Positions 62,700 to 64,000 of a DNA stretch of 64,000 nt are shown in pieces. The position numbers and the translations under genes were made by a program. Source of the DNA: Octopus vulgaris (taxonomy: Eukaryota); NCBI GenBank assembly GCA_951406725.2, contig OX597833.1, forward strand, positions 73,098,001 through 73,162,000, in the 5' to 3' direction. Position 1 is the stretch's first letter; every line of letters begins with the position of its first letter. Under the pieces are notes generated by a model. The model was not told the origin of the DNA. It worked only from the letters and a program-made list of their open reading frames with translations, and made no database searches.

Positions 62700-63305
62700 G
62701 ACAAAGAATATAAAGATCTTCCCAGTGATGGAGAAGAAGCTAATACCCCAGTAGTTTTTGCATTCTCTGCTATTACCTTACAATGGGAATGATGATGGCT
62801 TTCTTCCATACGGACCAAGCTCCATCTTTTTTGTATGCTGGTTCTGTCTGTCTTCCTCTACAGCACTGAGATCTGGACCATCCTCAAACAGGACCTGAAC
62901 AAGCTCAAAGTGTTCCAAATGCAGTGTCTTTGTCAAATCGTTGGTGTCTCTGTCTGTGACTGAATCTCAAGCAAAAGCATGTGAGAACCATGCCAGCAGC
63001 AGTCTTGGACCATTGTAGACCAAGTCCAGCAGCGCTGGCTCCGGTGGTTTGGCTACATCTACAGGATGACCACTGGAAGACTGGTCCTTGCACTGGAGGA
63101 TCCAGTGCAGCACACCAAAGGAGACATGGGTTTTTGTCAAATTGAGGAAGGCCTGAAGTCAAAGTGCCTCAGTCTTAAGCATGCTAAGGCCAGCACCATG
63201 GATTGGAAAACGTGGATTGATATCCTCACTGTAGCCCATCGTCCAGCAGCATGTTGGTTGAGAGGACAACGCCCCCCCCCCTTCCAGTTGCCAGCTAAAG
63301 AATAA
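62700..63305 (+). mobile_element. RTE-like LINE 3' remnant (third family)
   Basis: VLSVFLYSTEIWTILKQDLNKLKVFQMQCLCQIVGVS followed by an LRWFGY-type motif. Confidence 0.7.
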
Positions 63306-64000
63306 AGAACAATTAGAACAAAGTATGTATGAATAAATATATATACATGTGTGTGTTATATATTGCAACCTACTGCATTATACACCATAAAACAGTGCTA
63401 GGTAAGAAAATAGTAACAAAAACCACTTCCATACTTTATAGAATATTGCATGTTCCATTGCTTCTGGGAGTCATTCTAGTAATCTACCCTTGCACCCCAA
63501 GTCTGCTCTTAACATACAACTTGCATAGATCCCAGAAGTGAATTTGATAACAAAGCTTTAATGTTCTGTCGTATTCTGGTGTCAACATAAGCTGTCCACT
63601 ATAATAAGGAACAGGGCAGTTGCTAACACTACTCCACATCCTGAAAATAAGGTTGAGATAGCTTGGAAGGGTTGATCAAAGTGAATTTGGGAACTTTATT
63701 ATTCCAAATGAACAATAAAGTTTAGACATGCAGGTATTTAAAAAAATTGAGATAAAATTGGGCCACAACCTTGTTGGTCAGTTTATCATCTTCAAAGAAA
63801 AGTTATTTCTTAAGCACACAAACATACTTATGCCTCCTCCTCCTCCTCCTACTACTACTACTACACACACGCATAAATGAGTGTGTGTGTGTGTGTTTCC
63901 TTTTGTTGACATCATGCAATGGTATTTGGGTGTCATTTGTTGCCAAGTTGTCTGACCCTGGGGAAACAGGTGAGGCTTGGTGACAGGAAGAGCATCCCCT

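Noticed and set aside
55400-64000. Remaining CBS-domain exons of the CLC gene
   Set aside because: No GFPV or LLGIITKKD-type coding sequence was seen; these exons are presumably downstream of the window.

Overview
Eukaryotic, AT-rich, repeat-dense genomic DNA. The SINE/RTE families and the heavy microsatellite load suggest an octopus genome (inference from repeat content, not a database match). One protein-coding gene dominates the + strand: a ClC-3/4/5-type 2Cl-/H+ exchanger (CLCN3-like). I could splice 15 phase-consistent coding exons from 5314 to 55399 (1886 nt, 628 codons + 2 nt), covering the whole transmembrane domain and the start of CBS1; the rest of the gene lies beyond the window. 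Two splicing features stand out: intron 14 (51553-55303) is a U12-type minor-spliceosome intron, and intron 15 holds a candidate frame-preserving 24-nt microexon (60874-60897) with a neural (SRRM/eMIC-type) sequence signature that would insert a short peptide into CBS1. The introns and flanks carry decayed mobile elements: R4/Dong-like, RTE and CR1-like LINEs, a Penelope-like remnant, mariner, Tc1, pogo and Chapaev3-like DNA transposons, and two tRNA-derived SINE families. Also present are a degenerate hammerhead-ribozyme motif, an 83-bp VNTR, a foldback hairpin at an RTE 5' junction and a long palindrome upstream of the gene. Most six-frame ORFs are spurious microsatellite or repeat translations.
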